Source: an uncultured Methanosarcinales archaeon (lineage in GTDB: Archaea; Nanobdellota; Nanobdellia; Woesearchaeales; GW2011-AR9). From it: 64,000 nt of DNA. The DNA is taken from assembly GCA_964344235.1 (NCBI GenBank), contig CAYFMJ010000002.1, forward strand, positions 1 through 64,000. Direction: 5' to 3'. The position numbers and the translations under genes were made by a program. Positions 17,071-26,712 of the stretch are shown here, piece by piece. The first letter of the stretch is position 1. Each line of letters opens with the position of its first letter. The notes under the pieces are model-generated. The model searched no databases. It was not told the DNA's origin and saw only the letters and a list, made by a program, of their open reading frames with translations.

Positions 17071-18426
17071 TCACACCGGCACATTCATCGCTGCCCGTTG
17101 CACAACTTCACTTAAAGCAGGGTGAATATGCACAACATTTCGTAATAACCGTAACCCGTCTTTTCCTGCTTTCATCGCAATCAACACTTCATGCAATAAC
17201 ACAGAAGCATGCGGCCCTATAACATGGCAGCCTAAAATCTTTCTACTACGAGGATCTACTAACAACTTCACAAATCCATCTTCTTCCGCTAACGCTTCTC
17301 CCATACCCGTATTCTTATACAACGCCTTTCCTACAACATATCCCTTTCCCTTCAACTCTTGCTCCGTTTTCCCTACGCCTGCAATCTGTGGAGTCGTAAA
17401 CACTGCATGTGGCATCGGAAAATAGTCAACCGGCTGCTTCTTATGAAATAAATTATACTGCACAAAATCTCTCTCGAGATTCGCACTGTGTCGAAACATA
17501 TACACTCCTGCAATATCTCCTAAAGCCCAAATATCTTTCACATTCGTTTCCATGAACTGGTTAACCCGAATAAAACCTCGTTTATCCATCTTCACGCCTG
17601 CCTTCGCCACATTAAGATAACCAGTATTCGGCCGAACTCCTGTTGCTACTAATAACTTCTCCGCTCGCAATTTCTTCCTACGTCCATTCTGCTTCACAGT
17701 AACCTCAACACCCTTCCCTCGCTTCGCAACGTTAACAACATCAGCTTTCGTTAACACATCATACCTCTTCCTCCACAATGCGGTAAATAACTCCGCAACC
17801 TCACGATCTTCTCGCGGTAATAATAATGCATTTCGTTGTACTATTGTTATCTTACACCCTAATGCTGCATAGAAATGCCCTAACTCTGATCCAATATAGC
17901 CTCCACCTATCACAATCATACTTTTCGGAAGTTTTGTCTGCCGCAACGCTTCCGTACTGGTCATATAATCAACATTATCTAATCCATCAATCGGCGGAAT
18001 AAACGGCCTTGCACCAGCTGCAATGACAATTCTCTTTCCAGAAATAATCTTACCGTTAACCTCAACGTCATACTTCCCCACAAACTTTGCTTCTCCCTGA
18101 AACAATGTAGGATTTCTTCTTGACAACAATGCCTTTTCAATCCCTTTAGAATCTCCATCTACAAGTTTGTTAGCCCTATCTGTTACTTTCTTAAATTTGA
18201 CACCAGTAACCTTTGAATCAACACCAAAAATGGATGACTTTCTAATTCCCTCAGCTACATCAGCGGAGTGGATAACGATCTTTGATGGAATGCACCCTCT
18301 GTTCAGACACGTTCCACCTAATGCTCCTTTCTCTATTAATGCAACTCTCCAGCCATTACGAGCAGCATCATTCGCCAACCCTAACCCCGCTCCGGAGCCA
18401 ATCACAATTAAATCAAATGATTTCAT
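17071..18426 (-). CDS. Pyridine nucleotide-disulfide oxidoreductase (dihydrolipoamide dehydrogenase/mycothione reductase-like)
   Basis: IGSGAG, GGTCLNRGCIPSK, GGGYIG, HIHPALSE; RBS AAGGAGA. Confidence 0.9.
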   Translation of the reverse strand: MKSFDLIVIGSGAGLGLANDAARNGWRVALIEKGALGGTCLNRGCIPSKIVIHSADVAEGIRKSSIFGVDSKVTGVKFKKVTDRANKLVDGDSKGIEKALLSRRNPTLFQGEAKFVGKYDVEVNGKIISGKRIVIAAGARPFIPPIDGLDNVDYMTSTEALRQTKLPKSMIVIGGGYIGSELGHFYAALGCKITIVQRNALLLPREDREVAELFTALWRKRYDVLTKADVVNVAKRGKGVEVTVKQNGRRKKLRAEKLLVATGVRPNTGYLNVAKAGVKMDKRGFIRVNQFMETNVKDIWALGDIAGVYMFRHSANLERDFVQYNLFHKKQPVDYFPMPHAVFTTPQIAGVGKTEQELKGKGYVVGKALYKNTGMGEALAEEDGFVKLLVDPRSRKILGCHVIGPHASVLLHEVLIAMKAGKDGLRLLRNVVHIHPALSEVVQRAAMNVPV

Positions 18427-18536
18427 AGTCTCTCCTTTTCCATCTACGATAACCACAAAGAATTATTTAAATCCATCGATATCTTTCCTAACTCATAGTA
18501 ACGCATCTTTATATACAATATAACACTCTTAATACC

Positions 18537-19517
18537 ATGAAACAAAAAGTGTTCGTCACACGTTCTATTCCGGGTGACGCAATTAAAACTCTCAAAAAAC
18601 ACTTCACTGTAAGAGTCTATCCTAAAGATCAAAAAATTCCACGAAAAGAACTTCTCAAAGGAGCCAGGTGGTGTGACGCTCTCTTATGCATTCTCACTGA
18701 AAAAATTGATAAGCAAGTCATTGACGCTAATCCAAACCTGAAAGTAATCTCCAACTACGCTGTTGGTTACAATAACATTGATGTGAAATACGCTACACAG
18801 AAAGGCATCCCTGTTTGTAATACGCCATCACAAGAAGTCGTTGATGCTGTTGCTGAACATACATTCGCACTCATGCTAGGCTTAGCAAAACGTCTACATG
18901 AGGATGAACGCCACGTACGGAAACATAAATGGAAATCCTGGGCACCTCGCCTGCTTTTAGGAACACAGATGTCTGGTAAAACAGTGGGTATTGTTGGTTT
19001 AGGTAGAATCGGTAAAGGTGTTGCAGGAAGAGCAGCGTGTTTAGGCATGGACATTATCTATTATGATGTCTACAAGGATACAAAGTTTGAAAAAAAATTC
19101 AACGCCAAGAAAGTTTCTTTTACCACTCTACTCAAAAAGTCCGATTTCATTACATTGCATGTTAACCTCACGAAGAAGACCCATCATTTAATCAGCACGA
19201 AAGAACTAAAGATGATGAAAAAGACGGCGTATATCATCAACACCTCTCGCGGTCCTGTCATTGATGAGAAAGCGTTAACAAAAGCTTTGGTGAAAAAACA
19301 AATCGCTGGTGCAGGTTTGGATGTGCATGAAACCGAACCAAGTACCAATCACACTCTCCACAAATTAACCAACTGCATCTTAACACCGCACACTGCTTCT
19401 GCAACGGTGGAAGTACGGTTACAGATGGGTAAGGATGCCGCAAATAATATTATTACAATTCTCAAAAAGAAAGGTAAACCTAAAATCGTTAACCCTGAAG
19501 TGTTAAGAAAATCATAA
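18537..19517 (+). CDS. D-isomer 2-hydroxyacid dehydrogenase (glyoxylate reductase-like)
   Basis: AVGYNNID, GLGRIG, INTSRGPVIDE, GLDVHETEP, TPHTASAT. Confidence 0.92.
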   Translation: MKQKVFVTRSIPGDAIKTLKKHFTVRVYPKDQKIPRKELLKGARWCDALLCILTEKIDKQVIDANPNLKVISNYAVGYNNIDVKYATQKGIPVCNTPSQEVVDAVAEHTFALMLGLAKRLHEDERHVRKHKWKSWAPRLLLGTQMSGKTVGIVGLGRIGKGVAGRAACLGMDIIYYDVYKDTKFEKKFNAKKVSFTTLLKKSDFITLHVNLTKKTHHLISTKELKMMKKTAYIINTSRGPVIDEKALTKALVKKQIAGAGLDVHETEPSTNHTLHKLTNCILTPHTASATVEVRLQMGKDAANNIITILKKKGKPKIVNPEVLRKS

Positions 19518-20165
19518 CTTCTCCAACTTTCTCGGCACATCGCATAAATTACTAAATACAAAATCAGCTTCTAAATCTCCTTTCAATTTCTCAAACGTAT
19601 GTTTCTTCCCTAACAGAATAATTTTCACCCCCATTTTTTTAGAAGCAACAACGTCAGAATGCGCATCACCAATATACAAAACATCTGACGGTTTCACACC
19701 ATGCTTTGCAATGACATGCTTGAAATTCTCAATCTTTGATGTAGGGCCACCTAAAATTTCATCAAAGTAACGCGCAACCCCACAGTGCCGAGCCACTTTA
19801 CGAACCTCCCGAGAATTCTCTAACGACAACATAAATGTAAACTTCACTTGTTTCTTCAACTCTTTAATCACATTGGCACATTGAAACAACGGACAGGTAT
19901 TCATACTTCTCACATAATGTTCTCCGAAATGATCAGCAACCATTTTTAACTCTTTCGTACTAGGCTTTCTATCAAAAAACCTCTTAAACAACAACACAAC
20001 TTTCGCATCTCTGCTGTAACCCTTCCCAATTAAATCCTCGTACGCTTTTCTAACCCCTTTAGAAACCCCAAATTTCTCTTTAAACACAGCTACCATCGCT
20101 GGGCCTTTCTTATCCTCAGACATGATTAACGTTCCATCGAAATCAAACCCGACAGCTTTAATCAT
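19512..20165 (-). CDS. HAD family hydrolase
   Basis: FDFDGTL, YIGDAHSDV; ATGA overlap with the upstream gene. Confidence 0.85.
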   Translation of the reverse strand: MIKAVGFDFDGTLIMSEDKKGPAMVAVFKEKFGVSKGVRKAYEDLIGKGYSRDAKVVLLFKRFFDRKPSTKELKMVADHFGEHYVRSMNTCPLFQCANVIKELKKQVKFTFMLSLENSREVRKVARHCGVARYFDEILGGPTSKIENFKHVIAKHGVKPSDVLYIGDAHSDVVASKKMGVKIILLGKKHTFEKLKGDLEADFVFSNLCDVPRKLEKL

Positions 20166-20848
20166 AAGAACCACTTCAATATAATCAGCACCGCATACAA
20201 TAAAAACCCAAAGATAAAGAATTCAATATTTCCTTTTCTTCCATACGGGATGTGGTGTCGTGTCACTGTAAAAAGTAATACCCCCGCAACCAACCCTACA
20301 AACAAGAACTCTAACCACATCGGCACAAATGAACCAATAGCAATTCCTAATAACGCCCCAACGAATGTCGAACTTGAAAGAAAAATCATTCTCCTTTCCG
20401 AGTTGTGTGGTACTGCCGGTAAATTACTCACAACAGTAAACGCTAAAATTGATACGCCAAAGAAGATTCCTTCCAACACATTCTGTGAGAGGAATAACAC
20501 CAATAAAATTCCCAAAATTACATGGTAAATATAATAGAATATATTCTCTTCTAACGATAACATCTTCACCAACTCATGCCGTCTATTATGTTGATAAATT
20601 GATTTCTCTGCTATGTGGTGACCGATAAACCCCACAAGCAACGCAATGAATAGTAACTTGTTAATTCTGAATGCATTCTCTGCAAACAATGGTAACAACT
20701 CCAACAGCAAATACGTCGCTGAAACCCCTGCAGAGAATGATAACAGTTTTGGGAAATACGGCCGCTTCTTTAAGTTTAAACTCTTACTGAGGTACTCCGT
20801 AACACTAATCGCAACCGCAAATACAAGCGGAATAATAACAGCATTCAT
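20162..20848 (-). CDS. Multi-pass membrane protein (ZIP-like, tentative)
   Basis: FSAGVSATYLLLELLP, His-rich loop, GVLLF; about 8 TM segments. Confidence 0.6.
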   Translation of the reverse strand: MNAVIIPLVFAVAISVTEYLSKSLNLKKRPYFPKLLSFSAGVSATYLLLELLPLFAENAFRINKLLFIALLVGFIGHHIAEKSIYQHNRRHELVKMLSLEENIFYYIYHVILGILLVLFLSQNVLEGIFFGVSILAFTVVSNLPAVPHNSERRMIFLSSSTFVGALLGIAIGSFVPMWLEFLFVGLVAGVLLFTVTRHHIPYGRKGNIEFFIFGFLLYAVLIILKWFL

Positions 20849-21000
20849 GTGTAAAAGAAATAATTTTAGATTTAATAATGTTTCGAATGAAGAAAAACAT
20901 AGAATTTTACATCCGCAAACCCAAACACTTTTAATAGGCAACATCTTTCTTCACAACAGCTTTATGAAAGCATTTGCTTGTTTTTGTAACGTATTTACGA

Positions 21001-21135
21001 ATGCCAAAATTTAAAATTAAATGTGGAATGTGTAAAGTTAATTGGGTAACCAAGGAAAGACGGAGCTACGCTCTATGCAACACTTGTAAGAAACGAATCA
21101 AGAAAGCAGAAGAAAAAGAAAGAAAAGGAAAGTAA
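21001..21135 (+). CDS. 44-aa zinc-finger-like microprotein
   Basis: MPKFKIKCGMCK...ALCNTCKKRIKK: two CxxC motifs. Confidence 0.5.
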   Translation: MPKFKIKCGMCKVNWVTKERRSYALCNTCKKRIKKAEEKERKGK

Positions 21136-21138
21136 AAA

Positions 21139-21300
21139 TTATTTCTTTTTACCTAAGATTCTAAACATTGTTGTCCCACAATCTGGACACTGGCCTTTCA
21201 TTGCTCTTCGCTGAACGCCACCTTTTCCTTTCATTGCTACTTCGTTTGCGTTTTTCATTTCACGCTTTGCTTTACATTTAACACAATATCCTTCAGTCAT
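21139..21300 (-). CDS. DUF5679-like zinc-ribbon protein (53 aa)
   Basis: MTEGYCVKCKAKREM...GQCPDCGTTMFRILG; RBS GAGGTG. Confidence 0.75.
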   Translation of the reverse strand: MTEGYCVKCKAKREMKNANEVAMKGKGGVQRRAMKGQCPDCGTTMFRILGKKK

Positions 21301-21404
21301 ATTGAACACCTCGATAGTTGTAGATAGAACGAATAATCCGCCCTCTACCTATAATTTAAGCGCGGACGCTTAAAAAGCTTTCGTAATTTTACCCTAAAAT
21401 ACGC

Positions 21405-23831
21405 TTATTTCTCAATACCGATAGAAATACCAAATTGTGCTGTTTCTAGGGAAGTTTCACCTTCAAAGAAGATCTCTTTCGCATTTAACACAGCTTTCAA
21501 GTCCCCTTCAATACTACTGACAACTGCAGCAAAATCAGCATCAGAACTCTTCAATACTAACTTAGAAATCTCTTCTTTCAGAGAAACGTTCTGCTCGGAC
21601 TTCCATTTTCTAACCACATTAATAATCTCTACTCCAACATCTCCAGCTTTCTCCGCAGTCTCATCTACGAGAGCAGGATCAAATGTAGGCCACCCGCCAC
21701 TATGAATACTCACGTGCCCTTCTTTCCCAGCAAAGTATAGTTGGTAAATCTCTTCCGTAATATGTGGCATCACTGGTGCCATTAACTTCAATACTCCTAA
21801 CACGGCTGCATACAGTGCTACTTGGCCGCTAGTTCTCTTTTCAACCCCCCTTGCATCTGGGTTATATAGTCTGTCTTTAACAATCTCTAAATATTGGTCA
21901 CAGAATATTTTCCAGAAGAAGGCATCAGTTTCCGCTTTTGCTTTAGAGTATTCATATTTCTCAAACACTTCCGTTGCTACATTTATAGTCCGATGCAGCT
22001 TCGATATTAACCACTTATCAAACATCTCAACAACTTCTCCATCAGAATAATCCTCTAAATGCATGATACTAAATTTAGATGCATTCCATAATTTGTTCAC
22101 CGTCTTCTGTCCTGTCAACAAATCTTTCTCTTGGAACGGTAGGTCATCACCTAACTTTGAACCAGCTGCCCAATACCGTAACGCATCTGCAGAGAATTTC
22201 TCAATCATTTTCTGCGGTTCAACAATATTCCCCAGAGACTTTGACATCTTCTTGCCATGTGGATCTTGTGCGTGGCCAGAGATAACAACATCATTCCACG
22301 GCACTCTGCCAAAATGATACCAACTTTTCACAATAGTGTAAAACAACCATGTTCTAATGATATCGTGCGCCTGCGGCCGTAGAGCCATTGGTTCGTCCAC
22401 ATAGGAGACATTATATTCTCCCTGGTGCACCCAATTTCGTGCAATCTCAGGAGTGATGGAAGAGGTTTGCCACGTATCTAACACATCCACTTCCCCTACT
22501 AAATTGTCAACATTTCCCGTATAATTTTTTGGCTTGTCAACCGTTGGGTCAACTGGTAATTCGTCCATTGCAGGCAACACCACTCCTCCTGTCTTTTTAT
22601 CCACCCACACAGGAATCGGAATCCCAAAATGTCTCTGACGAGAAATACACCAGTCCCAATTCAAATTCTGTACCCAATGGTCATACCGCACTTTCATATG
22701 TTTCGGATACCATTTAATCTTGTTTCCTGCATCTAATAACTCTTGTTTTTTATCAAGAACTTTAATGTACCACTGCTTTGTTTTCAAAAATTCGAGTGGC
22801 GTTTTACATCGTTCATGCACATTTACCGCGTGTGAAATTTCTTTTTGTCCTACTAACGCACCAAGTTCCTTCAGCTTCTCTAAAATGGCCTTTCGTGCTT
22901 CGACAATTTTCATCCCCTCGAACTCTCCAGCTAAAGAATTCATCTTACCAAACTTCTCAAATACAACTCGTAACTGTAAATCATGTTTATGCCACTTCTC
23001 TACATCTTCTTTATCTCCAAAGGTACAGACCATCATCAACCCAGTTCCTTTTTCTTTGTCGACGGATTCGTCGGATAAAATCGGCACTTTTTGACCAAAC
23101 ACTGGCACCACAGCATACTTATCCTCCAACTCCTGATAGCGCTCATCCCCTGGGTGATAGAATAACGCAACACACGCTGGCAACAACTCTGGTCGTGTTG
23201 TAGAGATAATCAACTCTTTGTCCCCACTCATAAACTTGATGTCATTAAAATGGGAATTCTTATCAACGGATTCAAACTCAGCTTGCGCGATAGCTGTTTG
23301 ACATTTCACACACCATGCAACTGGCGCTTCTTGTTGGAACACTCTTCCTTTCTTATACAGATCAATAAACGATGCCTGTGATGTAATTTGACAATGTTCA
23401 CTAATGGTTGAATACGATTTCGTAAAATCGGCTGACATGCCAATCTGCCGCCAATCTTGCACGAATGCAGGTTTATTTTCTTTGATAAAATCATTACAAA
23501 TTTTAACAAATTCCTCTCTGGAATATTTCCGTGATAAAATTTTCTTCGTCTTCTCTACTAAGATCGCTGTTGCTAACCCATTATCATCAGTACCAAACGG
23601 AAAAAACACATTCTTCCCCATCATTCTGTGATAGCGTGCAACAATATCTTGTTGCGCATACGAAAACGCATGTCCCATATGCATTTTTCCGGAAACAGTT
23701 GGCGGTGGCGTGTCTATTGCATACGTTTCTCTTGCTTCATCCGGGTTATACTCAAATACCTTCTTCTCTTCCCAGTACTTCTGCCACTTTGCCTCAGAGA
23801 CTTTAGGATCATATCGCTTTGGAAGTTCCAT
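21405..23831 (-). CDS. valS: Valine--tRNA ligase
   Basis: DTPPPTVSGKMHMGH, WDWCISRQR, KMSKS. Confidence 0.97.
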   Translation of the reverse strand: MELPKRYDPKVSEAKWQKYWEEKKVFEYNPDEARETYAIDTPPPTVSGKMHMGHAFSYAQQDIVARYHRMMGKNVFFPFGTDDNGLATAILVEKTKKILSRKYSREEFVKICNDFIKENKPAFVQDWRQIGMSADFTKSYSTISEHCQITSQASFIDLYKKGRVFQQEAPVAWCVKCQTAIAQAEFESVDKNSHFNDIKFMSGDKELIISTTRPELLPACVALFYHPGDERYQELEDKYAVVPVFGQKVPILSDESVDKEKGTGLMMVCTFGDKEDVEKWHKHDLQLRVVFEKFGKMNSLAGEFEGMKIVEARKAILEKLKELGALVGQKEISHAVNVHERCKTPLEFLKTKQWYIKVLDKKQELLDAGNKIKWYPKHMKVRYDHWVQNLNWDWCISRQRHFGIPIPVWVDKKTGGVVLPAMDELPVDPTVDKPKNYTGNVDNLVGEVDVLDTWQTSSITPEIARNWVHQGEYNVSYVDEPMALRPQAHDIIRTWLFYTIVKSWYHFGRVPWNDVVISGHAQDPHGKKMSKSLGNIVEPQKMIEKFSADALRYWAAGSKLGDDLPFQEKDLLTGQKTVNKLWNASKFSIMHLEDYSDGEVVEMFDKWLISKLHRTINVATEVFEKYEYSKAKAETDAFFWKIFCDQYLEIVKDRLYNPDARGVEKRTSGQVALYAAVLGVLKLMAPVMPHITEEIYQLYFAGKEGHVSIHSGGWPTFDPALVDETAEKAGDVGVEIINVVRKWKSEQNVSLKEEISKLVLKSSDADFAAVVSSIEGDLKAVLNAKEIFFEGETSLETAQFGISIGIEK

Positions 23832-23906
23832 CTCCGTAGTGATTTTGGATATATTTAAAAAACTACTGACGGAAAACATAAAAACATTCAGCACTTCTTT
23901 CCTTCT

Positions 23907-24251
23907 ATGAAATTCTACGGCTACAAAGGCTGCGGCACCTGCAGAAGAGCAATCAAATTTTTAGAAGAACATAATGTTGCTTATGACTTCATCCCCATCC
24001 GCGAACAACCTCCTTCAATGGACGAACTACGACAAATGCTCACCAGATATCCTTTAAAGAAATTATTCAACACATCTGGCCAGGATTATAGAAAATTAAA
24101 CATCAAAGAAAAACTTCCTTCACTAACGGAGTCACAAGCACTACAACTTCTCCACAACAACGGTAATCTCATCAAACGCCCTTTTGTTATTGGCAAGAAT
24201 ATTTTTTTAATTGGTTTTAACGAGGAGCTTTGGGATACAACATTCTCATGA
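23907..24251 (+). CDS. ArsC/Spx/MgsR family protein
   Basis: YKGCGTCRRA, LFNTSG..YR, LIKRPF. Confidence 0.9.
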   Translation: MKFYGYKGCGTCRRAIKFLEEHNVAYDFIPIREQPPSMDELRQMLTRYPLKKLFNTSGQDYRKLNIKEKLPSLTESQALQLLHNNGNLIKRPFVIGKNIFLIGFNEELWDTTFS

Positions 24252-24561
24252 GTTGGTAAGCTCTTCCCTTGGGTTCGATTTCCACTTTTACTAAAAACCG
24301 TTCTTTGTCTCTACTTGGGTGGTAATCTAACGTAACATACCCCTCGTGCTCTAACGCTTCTACCACGCCCATGCTATAACGGTCGCCACTTTCAATAAAT
24401 GTTCGTGTATGTCCATATTGCCCCATAAACTCTAGAAACTCTAGACCTCTTTTAACAGCTACGGCATAAGACAACTCACTTCCCGTAACTTTTCCTGGTC
24501 CTTTCTTTAAAATCTCCGCTAACCCTACGGCCGGCCTATCTCTTTCTGGTAATCGACTCAT
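24217..24561 (-). CDS. Hypothetical protein
   Basis: 114-aa ORF with ATG start, same strand as the kinase gene upstream. Confidence 0.55.
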   Translation of the reverse strand: MSRLPERDRPAVGLAEILKKGPGKVTGSELSYAVAVKRGLEFLEFMGQYGHTRTFIESGDRYSMGVVEALEHEGYVTLDYHPSRDKERFLVKVEIEPKGRAYQLMRMLYPKAPR

Positions 24562-24600
24562 TTTCTCTAAAAACTAGCATTTTTTTAAAAGTCTAACTCT

Positions 24601-25374
24601 TTATCTCTCGACACTCTTTCTTTCCTGAGGGAAATATAATGTAAACGTACTTCCTTCTCCTTCAACAGATTCAACTCTTACAAAACCATGAATTAAACCA
24701 CACACCATGTCAGTTAATGCAAGTCCTATCCCTCGGTTGTGACCATTAGAACTCCATCCCGGCTCAAAGACCTTTGGAAGGCTTTTTTCAGTGATTCCCT
24801 CTGCATCATCCGTGACAGAGATCTCAATAAATGGGTCTTCCAATCCATATATACCTGTATTCGGACCGAGATATCCATGGAGTTCCTCTGGCAGTGTGAC
24901 AACTCTGCCTATAAGAGCCAAATCCCAATCCGCGCCTCCCCCGTGAAGTCGAGAATAAGCCTCCTGTGCATTTCTTGCAAAGTTAAACAGCTGGGTATAA
25001 ATTACAGAACCATAGTTTAGCACTTTTACCTCTTCAATCTCAAAAGAATCGTTCACCACACTCATTCTACTTTCTCTTTTTGTCATGTAAGCAGCTAAAT
25101 CTGCTAAAACATCCCTTACAGAGAAGTCTGCAGCACTTATTCTTCCATACAAACCCAATTTACTCACAGCTGTAGTGACGGCTGCCTGGTGTCTCGTAAG
25201 GGCCAATAACCGCTCCGCAAAAGCCCCATCATAACTCTCCACGAGGGATTCAGCAATCCACGCTACCGCTTGCTCACACCCTTGCAAATCATGCCCCAAT
25301 CTTCGAAATAACAAATCCTTCTCTCCCTTTGTTGGATGTTCTATGCTGCTCGGTCTAAAGAAATATTCGGCCAT
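24601..25374 (-). CDS. Histidine kinase-like ATPase (HATPase_c) protein with no sensor domain
   Basis: GHDL H-box, FNFARNA N-box, VTDDAEGI G1, VFEPGWSS F, GIGLA G2, GEGSTFTLYFP. Confidence 0.75.
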   Translation of the reverse strand: MAEYFFRPSSIEHPTKGEKDLLFRRLGHDLQGCEQAVAWIAESLVESYDGAFAERLLALTRHQAAVTTAVSKLGLYGRISAADFSVRDVLADLAAYMTKRESRMSVVNDSFEIEEVKVLNYGSVIYTQLFNFARNAQEAYSRLHGGGADWDLALIGRVVTLPEELHGYLGPNTGIYGLEDPFIEISVTDDAEGITEKSLPKVFEPGWSSNGHNRGIGLALTDMVCGLIHGFVRVESVEGEGSTFTLYFPQERKSVER

Positions 25375-25474
25375 ACCAGAAGAATTTACTGCAACTATAT
25401 AAATTTACTCTTTCAAAGTAATAAACAAAACCAAGACCACAAATCTTTAATACATAACTAACCAAAAACAAAGC

Positions 25475-26671
25475 ATGACCTTATTCAGCTTGAAATACGC
25501 TCCCAAGAACACCGCACAACTATTTGGCCAGCAGTTAGCAGTGTCTCAACTGAAAGATTTCATTGTTAATTACAAAACCAAACAACAGAAAGCTGCTTTA
25601 CTTAACGGTCCAATTGGCACCGGTAAAACCTCTGCCGTCTACGCAATTGCCAAAGAACTCAACTATGACATTCTGGAAATCAACTCTTCCGATTTACGGA
25701 AAGCAGATAATATCAAGTCATTTCTCGACTCTGCTCTTGGGCAGCAATCATTATTCTTCACACCGAAGATTATCCTGATAGATGAAATCGATAACATCTC
25801 TGGAGTGAAGGATCGGGGATGTATTCCAGCTGTTGTGAAAGCCATTCAGAAATCGTCATTCCCTGTCATCTTCACTGCCAACGATGCAACGGATAAGAAA
25901 CTCAAGCCATTGAAAAAACTCTCTCTCACTATTGACTTCCATAAATTACAATATCGGACCATTACCCACTGTTTACAATGGGTCTGTGAGCAGGAAAATA
26001 TCAAAGCAGATGAAAAAGCACTCAACACGTTAGCCAGACAAGCTGATGGAGATATGCGTGCTGCGCTTATCGACCTCCAAATCTGCGCTTCTTTAGGAGA
26101 AATAACCTTTGACTCTGTCCTCCATTTGTCAGACAGAAAACGTACAGAGTCCATCATGAACGCTCTACGTATTATTTTCAAATCCTCTTCAGCTGAAAAC
26201 GCTTTAGGTGCATTAAACGATGTTGACGTTGACATTAACCACATTTTTTTATGGTTAGATTATAACTTACCAAAAGAATACCTCAAACCGTCTGCGTTAG
26301 CACGAGCGTATGAGCATTTAGCGCGGGCAGATATCTTTAACGGTAGAATTAGACGCAGACAACACTGGCGTTTCTTAGTGTACATCTTTGATCTCTTAAC
26401 AGCCGGCATCTCCTCTGCCAAAGATGAAAAGAATCCAGATTTTGTGCAATACAAACAAACGATGCGTTTGTTGCGAATTTGGCAATCAAACATGAAAAAT
26501 GCAAAGAAAAAAGAAATTGCGAAGAAGTTAGCTGAGCATACTCACACTTCTACTAAAGTAGCGATGCAACAATTACCGTATTTACAAACAATGCTCCGTC
26601 ACTCTAACCCCACAGCTATAGCAGAAGAGTTGGAGTTAACTGATGACGAAGTTAGCTGGTTGAGGAAGTAA
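25475..26671 (+). CDS. rfcL: Replication factor C large subunit
   Basis: KYAPK, GPIGTGKTS, EINSSDLR, IDEIDN, GDMRAA, ARADIFNGRI. Confidence 0.93.
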   Translation: MTLFSLKYAPKNTAQLFGQQLAVSQLKDFIVNYKTKQQKAALLNGPIGTGKTSAVYAIAKELNYDILEINSSDLRKADNIKSFLDSALGQQSLFFTPKIILIDEIDNISGVKDRGCIPAVVKAIQKSSFPVIFTANDATDKKLKPLKKLSLTIDFHKLQYRTITHCLQWVCEQENIKADEKALNTLARQADGDMRAALIDLQICASLGEITFDSVLHLSDRKRTESIMNALRIIFKSSSAENALGALNDVDVDINHIFLWLDYNLPKEYLKPSALARAYEHLARADIFNGRIRRRQHWRFLVYIFDLLTAGISSAKDEKNPDFVQYKQTMRLLRIWQSNMKNAKKKEIAKKLAEHTHTSTKVAMQQLPYLQTMLRHSNPTAIAEELELTDDEVSWLRK

Positions 26672-26712
26672 TCATAAAAACCTTAATAAACCTCAACAAA
26701 ATCAAATAACCA

